Origin: Marsupella aquatica
Lineage: Eukaryota > Plantae > Marchantiophyta
Assembly: GCA_973895155.1 (NCBI GenBank)
Contig: OZ316897.1
Coordinates: forward strand, 7,430,470-7,494,469
Reading direction: 5' to 3'
DNA: 64,000 nt
Shown here: piece after piece, positions 49,801-63,242 of the stretch
Numbering within the stretch: the first letter of the stretch is position 1
Layout of the letters: every line of letters begins with the position of its first letter
Translations under genes and position numbers: made by a program
Notes under the pieces: model-generated
Database searches by the model: none
What the model saw: the letters and a program-made list of their open reading frames with translations, nothing else
What the model was told of the DNA's origin: nothing

Positions 49801-50993
49801 ATGTTCTGGCAAACTTGGGCCAGAATGGGCAGCAAAATCAGGGACTTGGGCTGGATCGGGCAACAACAAGCTAGTGAAGGGTGCCAGCTTGATAGTAAAT
49901 GCAAAAGTAATACCCATATACCCATATATGTTGCCAACTTTCCTCGATTATTGCATAGAGGCGACACGGACTGTATGTAACAAGTTTGATGCTGATTGGG
50001 TCAGGCTACAATGTAATAGCCTAGCCTCACTGTGGACTATTCATTGCATAGAGTCCGTGAGGCCTCTACGCACACTGCTTTGGTCATGCCAGCAATCCTC
50101 CAGGGGATGCACAAGGGAGGAAGCTTAAGCTAGAAGACAGCCAAGACAAGACTTTTATAAGGTAGGAAGCTTGGCAATTGACTCACTCAACGACTGGCTC
50201 AATCATTGATCCATGCTTATCAGTTGTATGATCAACAGTGTATTCATCATAGGCAGTCTAAGTTAATGAACCCATCAGATTCTACTCTTTGCATTTTGAA
50301 ATGAGGAGCAAAGATGGCAATCTGAGTCACATCATATCTAGTTGTCACAAATTGTACCTGAATATATAGTGATTGTGCCCTGAATGAAGAGGACAAATAT
50401 ATCAAGGGAAGTTTAGGAAAAGTTGGGCTAGTGCACAAGGGCTCTATAGCAAGGTAAAACTACATATCACAGATTCTTTGTCAGCATGGCAATGCAAGTG
50501 ATAGTTGAGCAAACTCTTGGCCAGGACATCAATTACACTATGTTGACATATTTCTGAAAACGTAATAGCCTTTTGCAACAGTAGATTGTGCATTGTGAGA
50601 ATATAGGATTCATTTTCAGATTGTGGCATCAATATGCTAGTACTTTCTTGATAAACATGTGGTGGGAGGGAATACACAGCGAGTCACTTTCAAAAAAGAT
50701 GCATCTCCATGCAAATTCCCTACCATTCAAATGTCAGTCCATTTTGTGATCCTTTTGACATCTTTGAGTGCCATTGCATCTCATTGGATCAGATGCTTGG
50801 GGGTGCACAACTCATCAGTTATCAAATTATACTAATACTGGCTATTAGTCATTCCGATCTAGATCTTAGTTTATGAATCTCATCTGACATGGAGCCTTTG
50901 CATCTTTGTGCATCTTAGCTGGGCAACTGAGCTAGATGAGCTCAATCTCAGCTGACCTTGCCAAGATGGGTGTAGTCTTCCCTCCTGCCGCCC

Positions 50994-51024
<31 letters not shown>

Positions 51025-53339
51025 ACCTAAACAAAAAGAAGAAGGAGAATGTTCCCTGCATCCATATTGTACAGGTGCGGTCCATCTTTGCTGACCTTCA
51101 GATGGGGTCAGTCTTTGTATGGTAGAGACATCCCATTGTGAAGATATACTATAGGTCAGCTGAGTAGCAGAATCGGGACAAAACTGAAACAGATCTGTTA
51201 CTGTCCACAACAACCATCCTCAGGATAGCCAAATCATGCACCTTTCCTTTCAAGTGTTAGCAATTCCTTTGAAGAACATCTCATGCAGCTCAAAAGTTCC
51301 CAAGAGTGACCATCAATGTCATTCCAAGCATGCATTTGATTTCCCATGGCTCAAATTCACAGCCCAGTTTCCTGAGTTTCTTGTCAGTCATTTCAGCTGA
51401 ACCTGGAATACTTTGGTTTTTCCACACATTGTGAGTATACCCCCCCCCCCCCCCCAACTCTTGCCCTGAGTTTTATCTTTTTTAATTAACAAACTAGGGC
51501 CTGATTTACGGCCAGCCTTGCCAAGACTAACATTCTATATGTAGAGATTTAATAAATATGCCCAGAGAGGCATGGTTATGTGGTAGCTCACCTGAGTTGA
51601 GATTCATAGGTCTAGGGTTTGTGACTGATTGTTCCCTTTATGTGAGTTTCACAGATTTCCCCTTTAATTTCAAAAAATTCATAAATGTACAACCACTCCA
51701 CTTTCGATTGCTACATCTTTTGACAGTGGAATTATCTCAACCATGGTTCAGATTTGGAAACTTGGTATATTTCCAAGGTTGTTTTGTAGTAAACCTAAAT
51801 GCACTCTGTAGTGCACTATGAATTCCATTACGATAATAATGTAACTGAGTCTCATACATTGGTAGAACTTTATTATGCTTAGGTGATGAGGGAAGGAACA
51901 CTTTCTTGTCCTTCCATTGCGGTTGGTAATGAATGAATTACACCGAGTAAACAAAATCTTTTTACTTGAAATGTTCTAACACTTAGATTTGCTATAGGAT
52001 TCGCTTGCTTAATTAATACAGCGGGATTTCGATTCGTGCTCCTCGCACGCCACTCTTACCTCCTCCTTCTCTACCCCAAAATGTAACTTGGGCATGCTCA
52101 CAACAGATTCCCCGAAGGACATTGTGATGTCATTCTATTATTCTCAATACCATGTCCTTCAAGTCCCAAAATTTGGGACGTTTCCATTCAGTGCATGTCA
52201 TGCAATCTAGTGACCTGTATCTAGAATTCTAGGCTTCCCATGGCTTGTAAGCCGCGCTCATTAGCTTCTATCACTAGAGCAACTCACAGGACAGTCACGT
52301 GTGATATGGACACTGCGTGTGACTTAACGTTTCAATTAAAATTAGTTTCTTTTTAAGTTGGTCTTAATATCACTTCCCATAATATTTACCTGACTGACTC
52401 CTGTGATGTAATAATGCAGTCACGCCCCAGGCCCCATCACTATCAGCGAAGCCATACCATTCACTCACTCCACACTGCTAAGTGCTAACCGCTGGGCCAT
52501 GCACTACCTTACAATCGTAGATTACCGTTAATAATAATCGCGTGTCAATCCAGGACTAATCTGAGCATAAACTACCAGTGGCCAATCAGGGGCGTTTCCA
52601 CAGGACATCGTCACCCTTACAACACCCACACTTCAAAATCTTCAAATCTTGTACTGTAGATTGGCTAATGAATAATTGGTACTACTGTACTTGAGGCATT
52701 TCTCAGCAACAGGACTCCTTTACGGCTTTACAGCTATGATGTTCTGAGGACAAACGATGCAATCCAAGTGATGCATAATTATTGTTATGAAACCTAAATC
52801 CCACTTGTACGTCTAATTTCTAAGACATAGAACGAATACCGACTGGTTAACCGTGTCGGTAGTCGGTTAACTCAAGTTTAGAGCGGCCCATTTCATTGCA
52901 AGCCTTATCCTACTCTAGATTGGAAACAGCTCTACTCGCCTCGTATGATATGAACTAGTTCTAACTGAAAAGTACGTACAGGTGACACCCTAGAAGTGTT
53001 ATAATACTTTATACGAAAAGGTGATGTCAGGTCAAACTTGAGGATTCTCTAGTACCAATCCTTCTACAGAACCTGATAGACCCATACCACATAATTAGTG
53101 TACCTATCCCGTAACTGAATTCCGAGAGACGCTTGATGATGTCATTCATACAACGTCTACGGATCTCCTCTCAATTTCTGATGTCCCACGTTTTGCTAGG
53201 GTTTTCTCTAGCTTGCGCTAATGTTCGCCCCACTCCGGATATCACACATTAATCGAAAGCGGGATCGAAAGCGGGGTCGAAAGCATATAATGTATCTCTT
53301 GTCATAACCTTAGAATGAAGCTCCAGATTTTCTAAAATA

Positions 53340-53640
53340 TTGCAAAAAAACAAAAGGAGATGTATAGGGAGGCGAGATTCCAATGACATTAGAGATTCAT
53401 GGCAAGAGACCCAATAAAGGGAGGAAAACCAAGAAGGAAAAGCCTAAAAACCCAAGAACCCCGAAGACAGCCCAAGAATGAGAATTATAACCCTACACTA
53501 AGCAACAAACTGAAAAGCATGCTAGAGATGGGAATTCCCAAGTAGTGTCAGCAATTCCTTTGCTACAGCTCAATCCCATTGAAAAGAACTGGAAAGTTCT
53601 TAAACTTGAAGGGGCCCACCATATGGGAAAACCTATTGGT
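53340..53640 (-). mobile_element. Possible LINE (L1-type) ORF2 remnant
   Basis: Minus-strand HYLGIPISS at ~53521-53547 matches the YLG(I/L/V)P RT-thumb motif; the surrounding frame is decayed. Confidence 0.3.
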
Positions 53641-56221
53641 GGGCGTAATTGGAAGATGCCTTAGGGTTTTTTCCAGCGATTGCATGAAGTAGACAGTTGT
53701 AAACAAAAATGTTTATTTACTACCACAAAATCCTGTTTATTTTGTGGGGTTCTTGCCCAATCAGAAAGTTGATTTGCTTCTAGAATATTTGGTACAGGTG
53801 GGTACTGTGTTCACATATACCTTGCAAGAGCTGCACTAGCCCACGGTGGTACTTCTACACTTGATAAACCGGACTCTCCCTCTTGATTCTGACCTCACTT
53901 CTACTAGACCTTTCGATTTGTCATTCTGTCCCACTTAAACAAATCATGTGTGTGTTGTTCACTAAGATGTCAGTTTGCCAGAACGCCCACTTAGGGCCAG
54001 GTTCCATGGGCCAGGGGTAGGGAGTACGGTCACTCCCTCTGACATCCCCTGGGGCCCTAATACACTGTATGCCAAGGTGTACATAGTATTTTAAATGTAT
54101 AAATTTTGACTTAGGAGCCAATGAGAATGCCCTATATTATTTGTATACAGGGCAGGGGGTACCCCTGAAGTTTAATAGGGAGTGTGAGGGAAAATCATAC
54201 TCCTTGATATAGTATTTGTACACCCCTCAGTCCCTGGAAAAGCTGCAATCTTATTGGCTTAAAAATTCTCAAAGCATCCGTACTCCTTACTCCCAGCCCC
54301 ATGGAACCTAGCTCTTAAGCTGAAGCCATCGAAACCAGGAGTCAAATTGATGAAGGCATGGCAAGCCTTCGATCATACAAGGCAGGATTCACACAATACA
54401 AAAATTGGACATATTGCTTTACATAAAACCATGCTTACATTTCTGTGCCATTAGATTTTAGCGTGCTCTTACAGTAAGAGAATTACCCCCAAATGATGGT
54501 TGTCACACCCCTTTCTAAAACACAGAAAAAAACTTGTTTTAGTCTCTTGGTTTTGTCCCTTTAGGAAAGTACAAGTTTACATTTAACCCAAACCCCAGCA
54601 ATGTCAGGGATTGCTTCCAAGGCAAAAAGCTTTTTGCACAAAAACAATGGTGATCATTTTTTCTGAGACATAGCCTACTGCAACAGCTTTTGCCGTCAGC
54701 CTCACAATAGGCTGAGGCCTTTCCGTACAGCTGAGATTTTGAAAAACAAGCACAACACCACAGGCAAGCTCTGCTCAGCTGGCTACTTAGCTCTGTTCAG
54801 TTTTTACTGTCCTAAGTGCAGAGCCTCAACAATTGTCACTGAGATTTGACTAACTAGTGTCAATCCACATACTTAGATCCAAAGCTTCAACTTGCAGTAG
54901 CTCAATCCAGCATGCAAGTTTGCTGTAAACCTCAACTAGTTCATGTTCACTCACTTCAATTTCTTCAAAGGCTAATCCTCATACAGCCCACTAAAGCATG
55001 TGACCACTTGGATCCAAATTCTTGAGCTGACCCCTAATATAGCCAAAGGCCTCCTATCAGGCAATTAAAACCATTAACATAAATCCTAGTCATTTGCTAG
55101 TGGGCCTCTTGCGGGTCCCTTTTTCTCTGATCTGTGTATAATTGTTTGTCACAAACTTAGACCTCCTCTTGAGGTGGTCTAATAGAATGAACTAAGCTGC
55201 CATTTCTATTTAGGGTCTTCAAATTATTATCTCCAGACCTGACACATGTGGCTCAGGCATTTTAAGTTTAGTGTGTAGTGTGCAACTGGCACTCTGCTCT
55301 GCTTTGGATGTACTACTGAATGGGCCCTCTAAGGTGTTCAAGGGCTCGAGACTGTTCACTCATGCATCCTAACTAAGTATGGTGAAGCTGCCAAGTACAT
55401 GAGGTTATAGAATACGTAAGTAAGATGAAGTGACACAATATATTGGTGTAAAGGGAGGTCTTTACATGTGTTTGCATTGTGTGGTGACACCAGGCAGATG
55501 GCAAGGAGTACACAAAAGGCCGCAACAGGAGCCCAAATCTGACAGGTTATGTGTCCCCAAGGGCCTTGTCAAGGGCAATGGCTTTGTATGTGCTTTATGG
55601 GAGACATAGCGGCCCAGTGTTGGGATGTTGCAGCCTGCGCGGATGGCCTAGTATGACGTTGCTTTGCCCCCAACTTTGCCTTGAAACCGAATGACAATAC
55701 ACTCATCTTTGGAGCACGTAGTGTGTTGCTTTGGATTGATTTACGTCCTGGCTATCAAAGCATTTTTGCAGGAGAGAGTAACTGTGTGCGTCAAAGAGGT
55801 AGCAATATAACAATATTACTTGTGATTTATATAATATTTGGCAACAATTTGCCAAGTGAGAAAAACCTTGGTGTTGCTTTTCACTTCATGGCCCAATCCA
55901 AAACTACTCTCAGACTCCAGTCTAGAATGAAGCTTCTGAACAGTGACTCTGTAGGCCTGACTGAGATTGCGGCTGCAAGTGGTAAGGAGAGATTGGGGAC
56001 AAAGCGAGTTCTTGAAAATGCTGCAACTGGCACTCAGGTAGTTTTCATTGATCATGGCAGCCTCGCTGGAGTAGTTGGGCAGAGCAAAATGGATATTGAG
56101 AAGGATTTTGGTCCAACTTGGGCACTCAATGATTTTATTTCACTAGTTTGGTTTTCTGTTTTGCCGATAGGCCAAGTATTTACGGACCCCCATGAGAGGT
56201 CCCTTGCAAATTCCCTGTCAC

Positions 56222-56350
56222 AAAGTTGTGCCACATCAGCATAACCAGCCACAGACAAGAAAGATCATATTTTTGATAGTAACAAAAAGTTGTGCCACAT
56301 CAGCATAACCAGCCACAGACAAGAAAGATCATATTTTTGATAGTAACAAA
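56222..56350. repeat. Perfect 64-bp tandem duplication
   Basis: AAAGTTGTGCCACATCAGC...GATAGTAACAA x2. Confidence 0.95.
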
Positions 56351-56614
56351 AGTGCACATTCATGTTTGTGGCAAAAGCAACATAATTTTTGGGGCGTCAT
56401 GCCATAAGTATTAAGTGTAAAAATAACCAGCATACAAAGGAAGGGATGTCATTTAGTAAAATAAAATTACCATTATGATGTTTGTCAATGATATATCAAT
56501 GTTTTACATCAAAATGTTTGTATTTTTTTATTGTTTACAAGTTTGAAAAAACCAATTGATAGAAATGTACATAGTTAGAAACTCTTTGGTTCCACATTGT
56601 ATAACTAAATAATC

Positions 56615-57115
56615 AATCATTCTCCTTAATACTTGATGAAATCTATCAATGTGTGATTCATTGGAAAACTCAAGATCAAGATTTAGAAATCCATGACCTC
56701 TTTAGTACTCTCTTGATAAAATCTCTCAATGTCACACTCATTGGAAAGCTAGAGTAAAATTAAAAACTCATCATCTCCTTAGTACTTGACCAAATCTATC
56801 AATGTTAGGTTCATTAGAAAGCTAGAGAAATTTGGATACTCATGATATCTCTAATTATTGACGAATACTCCACATTTGTCACACATTAGAAAGTTAGAGA
56901 TTCGGGAGATTTAAAACCTCATGATCCCTTTAGTACCATGAAAAAATCTAACATGAAATTTGTCAATGTTGGACTCAATGTTGGAAAGCTAAAAGAATTC
57001 TTGAACTCATGATCAAAATTTCTTATTGTCACACTCATTGGAACGGTAGGGAAATTCAAAAACTCATTTGGAACTTGACAAAATTTGTCAATCTGAGGTT
57101 CATTGGAAATGCTTT
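56615..57115. repeat. Degenerate ~70-bp tandem array (~7 units)
   Basis: Recurring TCAATGT...TCATT(G/A)GAAA.CT...CTCATGA...TTAGTAC motif. Confidence 0.7.
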
Positions 57116-60100
57116 CTTGATTAAGAGATGTCACAATCTCGTCACCGTCACAAACTTAGCTGCTGCAAATTGATTTCTACAATTACATCGCCACCGCTTG
57201 TCCGCAACACTTGATTCTTGGCTTGAATTGTTTGCGTCCCTCCAATCTTCAACCAAAGCTCACTCTGAACACAGGTTGACGCCAAATGCAGTCTTTATGT
57301 CAAATGAACAATCGTTGGTCTCCCCTTCACACCAGGCTTCACACCATAGCTTTCTTAAAAAAAATAAAAATTACAAAACATTCATGTGAAGTGATGGCTC
57401 GTCTGTTTTGTGTGTTCTTCCCACCAAAACCACAAGCGCTCTTTCGCCAACAGTTGAGTGTTGTACTCCAGTGTGTCTTGTGGCGGTAATGCTCAACGTA
57501 ACTCACAAACAATCAATCATGAATGGTAGAAACACTATTTCTTCAATGTGTAAGTGAAAACTGTCAAAAAAACTCAATTCTTTCACATTCACCCTTCTGT
57601 TTGATAAACCAGAGAGATCATCTCAACCAAGACTACCGGGAAACTCAAAACCATCGGTTATCACCTTACTGAAAATTAATTTTCACTTCATCACACACAT
57701 ACACACTCCTTGGATGAACATGGGGGTCCACAGATTAATTTGCATCTAATACCTCCAATAGTTAGCTGAATTTCATTATTGTAATTTAGTAGGATTACTT
57801 ACCAACTGTGGGTAGCCTTTAGTAGATAGCTAAGATTAGCCATGAGTTGCAAAATGATGTATCTGCCAGGTTACATCCTTACCGCCAGTCTCATATGGCC
57901 ATCTGTACTGTGGTTCGTTTTAATCTCACTAAGATGTACCCCTCAACACAAAAAAAACATTTAAAAACGGCAAGACAAATAATGTGTGTCACAAATAGTA
58001 GACTCCAAAACCAAAGTTCCCAGATATCAGAGCTTTTCTACAAGATGCTATCAATGATATATCTTTGAAACTTGCATGTATCATCTTGGAGATATTAAAT
58101 TCAGATAATACCATCTGTTTTTAGTAGACTTGAAATTTTTATCCAGCCAAATTGATACGTCTAAGTTTTTAGATCTTTACTCAAAATCAAGTACCAGAAC
58201 ATGTGCCACCCAAATTTCCTGTCCAGTTATGCTGCTGGGTTCGCCAAGCGAGGTTTCCCACTTTTCTTGGCAAACCTCAGAGTTTACCAAGAATACTCTA
58301 ATACTCACATTTTTTGTGTATACAGTGTTCGGTCTGCCAGTGCTCAGATCAAAGGTACTGGTCCAAGTTCTTTTTTATCATTATTCTGACAACTTTGGAG
58401 AGAGTGAAAAGTTGTTGACTGGCTCAAAAACAGTTTTGTAAGCCGACTGGTTATGAGCATAAGGTGCCTTTAAAAAGGGTTGAGGCACCACCCTGGTCGG
58501 GGAGCGAGAAACGTAAAAGGAAACGTTTGCTTTTGTGATAAGAAACAAACTTGAGACCATTTCATGTTCAAAAGCTATCTACCCTCAGTCTTTTGAAATG
58601 TTTATACCACCTTCAAGGTGATATACAATTCTAGACAGAATAAGCCCTCCACATGAGCATATAATTGGGCCCACTATTTACCATGTAGAAATGGTAGACC
58701 CAGTACCCCATGGGCCCTTGTTCTTGTATAGCCAACTTACTGCAACCATTTCCATTCATATTCAATCCAAAGACAATCACAAGTAATCAATATGCCCTGA
58801 AGTCTTATAAAGCCATCCTGAAACTCAAACAGCAAAATTAAATTACAGTAAATCGAATTGACAAGAATGTGGCGTGTGAAGGTAGAGGGATGTGTTTTTC
58901 ATCTTTGGGTGTTGGGTGCTGATGTGTATGCCTTGTATGCATGAATTATTTCTCATTTAGACATTCACCATATTTTTCACTTTTATAGTGTAGGAAGCAT
59001 CTTCCATTCAACTCTAAGGACTTGCCAAAAACTTTGAATGCTCTCCCTTGATACATGAGTGTTTCATTTGGAAACTCGACCTTAAACTACCACTGGCCAT
59101 ATCCACATTTTCACATTACTCTCCTCTAGAGTGAGACTTTGCTTCACAGTTTCAACAAGAAGGCACTAAATGGTGAAACCTGGTGGATCCAGGTTTTGCC
59201 ATGGACAGTGGCGCTTTAAGCTAAGGACACCTGTTAGTAAGAAATATGGGTGGGGGTCTACCATGTAAGGATTACAAAACCTCACATAAATATATATTCT
59301 AACAACCAAATGACAAAAAGCGCCAAATCAGGCGGCACCAAAGCCGCAAGACCCAATCAAAGGGCAAGAAACAAGCCTAAATACCCAAAAAGCAAAGAAA
59401 AATACAACTCAACTAAAGGTACCCTAAAATCAATAATCTAAAACCTTACCCAACTCCAAAATTGAAGAGCCTGGTAGAGCTCCCATAGCTCCCATAAAGC
59501 TATGCCCTTAAGTTTATAGATTATCTTCTTCAGAAGTCCTATTTATGGAAATTATTATACAACGGCGTTCCCTTTCATCGTTATTTGACCGACAAGGGAC
59601 AGACAAAGGATTGATGAGTGATTAGATTAGAAGAGACGCATCGTATCCAACCCGTATCTTAATACTATTTTGTACATCCTCCTGTCGTACGAACGTTATA
59701 CGGGGGATGTACATATTTTCACGGATACCATATTTTCATACTCTTTAGTACATACTCAAGTCGTACAAATGTTTTCCGGGGATGTACATACTGCACTACT
59801 GGGTAGCGTGGACCGTCGCTGGAAGAAAACCACTGAGTGATCTCTTACCGTACCCATTCATACAAGATGAGGACCAAAATAATGTACCAAGCACAACTCT
59901 TACCAAGGGACAGAGGTCGCCTTTTGTGTAATTCGTATGAAGAGTGTGCAATATTTTCGTATAGCGAGCGATATATCTAAGGAGCGATATATCTAAGGAA
60001 GGAAGAATTGGTGTATCCCTGTTCCGTTTGTCTGGGTCCTAGGAAACTTTAATTCCATGCATCCCAAGCTTCGTGGTTCTAAGGTGCAATTGGATACGTG

Positions 60101-60440
60101 GGTTGGATGGATTTACATCAACTTGTACGTACCCTAAAGACGTCACTAACAGGTTAGCACCGCTCAGCATCGACTTGGCCGATCTGAGTGAGCTGCATCT
60201 TTTCTTCAAGTGTGCGTCCGGCCTCTTTCTCGCGTCCGTCACTCTCGCTATTCCTCGATCGTTGAGTTTCTCCTGCTGGGCTCCGTTTGTGGACTCGTCA
60301 CGGACGGTATGTAAGTCGCGCAGAATTGACGACCATCGTGCCGATATCATCTCCTCTCGGGTTTTCAGAGCGTCCTTGCATTTTAAAAATTTGCTTCTGA
60401 GGGTTTGTTTTTTCGAGTTTTCCTTCTCGTATAACTCTAG

Positions 60441-60620
60441 TCCCTCGATTCTGCGTTTAATCTGATAGGCTGTGTCATCGAGAATAGTTCCCCACGCTTT
60501 TGTCTCCTCTTCTTATTCCCTCGATTCTGCGTTTAATCTGATAGGCTGTCATCGAGAGTAGTTGCCACCCTCTGGTCTTTTCTTATTCGCTCAATTCTCC
60601 GTTAATCTTGTAGGCCGTCT
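60441..60620. repeat. ~70-76-bp repeats (two close copies plus one degenerate) upstream of the VIIIa bHLH
   Basis: TCCCTCGATTCTGCGTTTAATCTGATAGGCTGT at 60441 and 60517; degenerate copy at ~60587. Confidence 0.85.
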
Positions 60621-60866
60621 AACCGCGCGAGATTTTTGTTTTCTCCTCTCCCCGCGGATCCTTCGCAGCCTTGCCATGCACGGAGTTTCCATCACTCCGA
60701 GTCTTACTTGGGTGGAAGGACGCCGAAAAGAAACTTCCCGATTTCGTCCCGGCTAGTTTTGTCGGTTATAATCTCGTATTTTCAGGCCGATGTTTAATCC
60801 GTTTCAAGTACTCCGACCCATCCGTTTGGTGGAGAGCAGCAGTTTTTTCAATCCGTGACTTCTTCA

Positions 60867-62537
60867 ATGGATTACACCAATCTTCAGCGATTTGGTCTCG
60901 ATGACTCTCTCACGGACGAGAGAAATTTCTTCAACTCAACTTCTGCCCATGTGTTTCCGTACTCGGCTTTCATTTCTCCGTTTCCACTTATCTCGTTGTC
61001 CGCCCCTGACCCAGCTCTACTGCAGACAAATGAACATGCGTGGTTGAAAGGAGTGAAGATTCCACCGGCTGACAATATTGGTGTTGATACTAGTGGACAG
61101 TTGCCTCACCAGTGTCCCAATATTGTCATGCAAAACAGTCAGTTCAATCTTCCTGCGGACATGATGACGGCAGCGTTCTCCAGCAGCTCTTTCGAGTTTG
61201 GTGGCGATGTTGCTCCTCATGCCCAATGGAGGCAGATGTGCTCTCTCTCTTCTGAAGATTACCTAAATGATGCCATGCCTCAGCTCATTTCGGACTCCGT
61301 GGTCCAGCGGCCCTGTCTTTACACGTCGTCCAGCGACTGCCCGCATGAAGCAGATTCATCCGGCAGTTCCGAGAGAGGCAGGCCGTCATCGGACCGGTCG
61401 TGTTTGGTTGGGTCCCCGTCCGACGAAATGAACTGTAGCTGGCGAATTTCGGACGTGCTACAAGGAAATTTAGGTGTTTCTACGGCTGGATTCCCGCTTG
61501 ACGTGCTTATCAACGACTCGTCTTCCGTCGCAGCCCATCTAGATACTCTTGATTCAAGTCGACATACTTTGAGTTCCCTTGTAAGCATGCCAGGGCCCGC
61601 TCGCGATTGTATGTCATTGGGGCCAGTTTCTTGGATGCCGCCTTGCACGATGGAATCGGGCGATAGTTCAATACTCACAGGTTTTCTCAACCAGGATATT
61701 CCCAACGTGGATCTGTTCGGCGCTTCTACGAGTACTCACAGGAATGGCGCACTGCCTTACAAGCGGCAGAGAGCTTCGTACACGTTAGAAAATAGCTCCG
61801 CGATACATTTGATCAAGCCAGTAATTCCTTCGCTCTCTAGGAGCACTTCGACCAAAAGCTCGGGGTCTGACTATCCAATGACCTCGTCGAATATCACCAA
61901 CGCATTGTACAAAGACTTTCATGGCTCCAGGAGGCAGGTAGTGACCTTGCCTAAGCCAACCGCGTTCGAAGCTGTAGGAGAATCGGCGGCGAAGAGAGAT
62001 CAGCTCGATAATGATCTAAAGTCTCTCCGGAAACAGAACGCGACTTCTATTGAACCTCAAAGTGTGGCAGCAAGACACAGGAGGAGGAAGATAAGTGAGC
62101 GTGTCAGGGTTTTAGAGAAGCTAATCCCTGGCGGGAACAAGATGGATACAGCTTCAATGTTAGACGAGTCTATCGAGTACGTTAAGTTTCTTCAGCTGCA
62201 AGTGAAGCTTCTTGAAATGTTGGGCGACATGTCATATGGAAGTTCTGTAACGTCAACCCCGACGTCAACTCCCTCACTTTCCAATGAAAACATCGGACGC
62301 GGAAAGGATGGACTTCACACGCTGAGGACAAGTAGTTTTGGGTCTCAGGTATCACAGAGTTGCAAGACAATGCAGCTAGTGAGGCCAGCTGCGAGTCCTT
62401 TGATTATATCGGAGATCCTCCAGCAGCAGCTGTTCAAGCAGAAATTGTGCTTGGGGTCTCTTGGCCAGTGCCCTCCGACTGCTCGATCTCGACATCCGGG
62501 ATCTACGCGGGGACCTACGTTTGATCGGGTTCATTGA
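60867..62537 (+). CDS. BNB: Intronless bHLH transcription factor, subfamily VIIIa (BONOBO-like), 556 aa
   Basis: [56 protein letters not shown] is a subfamily VIII bHLH. RRKISE, KLIPGG and FLQ.QV, plus C-terminal [12 protein letters not shown], favour VIIIa over VIIIb (HEC/IND). First ATG at 60867. Confidence 0.85.
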   Translation: MDYTNLQRFGLDDSLTDERNFFNSTSAHVFPYSAFISPFPLISLSAPDPALLQTNEHAWLKGVKIPPADNIGVDTSGQLPHQCPNIVMQNSQFNLPADMMTAAFSSSSFEFGGDVAPHAQWRQMCSLSSEDYLNDAMPQLISDSVVQRPCLYTSSSDCPHEADSSGSSERGRPSSDRSCLVGSPSDEMNCSWRISDVLQGNLGVSTAGFPLDVLINDSSSVAAHLDTLDSSRHTLSSLVSMPGPARDCMSLGPVSWMPPCTMESGDSSILTGFLNQDIPNVDLFGASTSTHRNGALPYKRQRASYTLENSSAIHLIKPVIPSLSRSTSTKSSGSDYPMTSSNITNALYKDFHGSRRQVVTLPKPTAFEAVGESAAKRDQLDNDLKSLRKQNATSIEPQSVAARHRRRKISERVRVLEKLIPGGNKMDTASMLDESIEYVKFLQLQVKLLEMLGDMSYGSSVTSTPTSTPSLSNENIGRGKDGLHTLRTSSFGSQVSQSCKTMQLVRPAASPLIISEILQQQLFKQKLCLGSLGQCPPTARSRHPGSTRGPTFDRVH

Positions 62538-63154
62538 AGATTACAGCATAGGGTGATTTCTTGTGCCTGATGCATATGTTGGTTTGTCTGGCAGCAAGCA
62601 CAAGGAGACGCAGCAAGCACTGCTTGGTATATATCTCTTCGTCTATGACGTCCGGCCACTCTATGCTCGACATCTGGGATTTGTAACCAATCGATTTTAG
62701 CAAAAACATTTGGACTCAACGCCCTTTTCATCGCCGGGCATGTTAATTAATTGTGAATAGAAAACCGCTAACCTCGTAACGAAGCTGATGCGAGTATTAG
62801 CAGCTCGTAATGATCAATCTCAGATCGGGCAGTATAGTTGTGCTCGAATCAACAAGCAATCTGGCTGCCCTTCAATTCGTCAACTTCGAGATATGTTCTT
62901 TCACCGTGGGAGATTTTTATGCCTTTCATGTGAGTGTGGAGGACCGTCTGCAGCATAGTGTGAGAGAACAACACAATGTTACGGATGAGCTCTCGGCAAT
63001 GTTGCCGATCTGGATGATCGCTTGAGAAGTAAAGTATGTAAAAGTCCTTCTGAATCCTTGTGGCGCATGCTTACACCCCGAATCATCTTGGACGTAGCAG
63101 TCGAAATGCTGCTTCTATCTGTAGGTACGTATCCGGCGTGCCCTGCTGAAGTCC

Positions 63155-63242
63155 AGATTGCACCGACTCTCACCCAATTTCGAATAGCATGGCTGGAAAG
63201 ATTGCACCGACTCTCACCCAATTTCGAATAGCATGGCTGGAA
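63155..63242. repeat. Perfect 44-bp tandem duplication
   Basis: AGATTGCACCGACTCTCACCCAATTTCGAATAGCATGGCTGGAA x2. Confidence 0.95.

Noticed and set aside
55480-56258. 187-aa ORF and nearby ACADGLV*RCF as a transposase remnant
   Set aside because: Motif too short to assign and no consistent frame on either strand.
56615-57115. Repeat array as CRISPR-like
   Set aside because: Eukaryotic context; whole units are degenerate with no conserved-repeat/unique-spacer structure and no cas genes.
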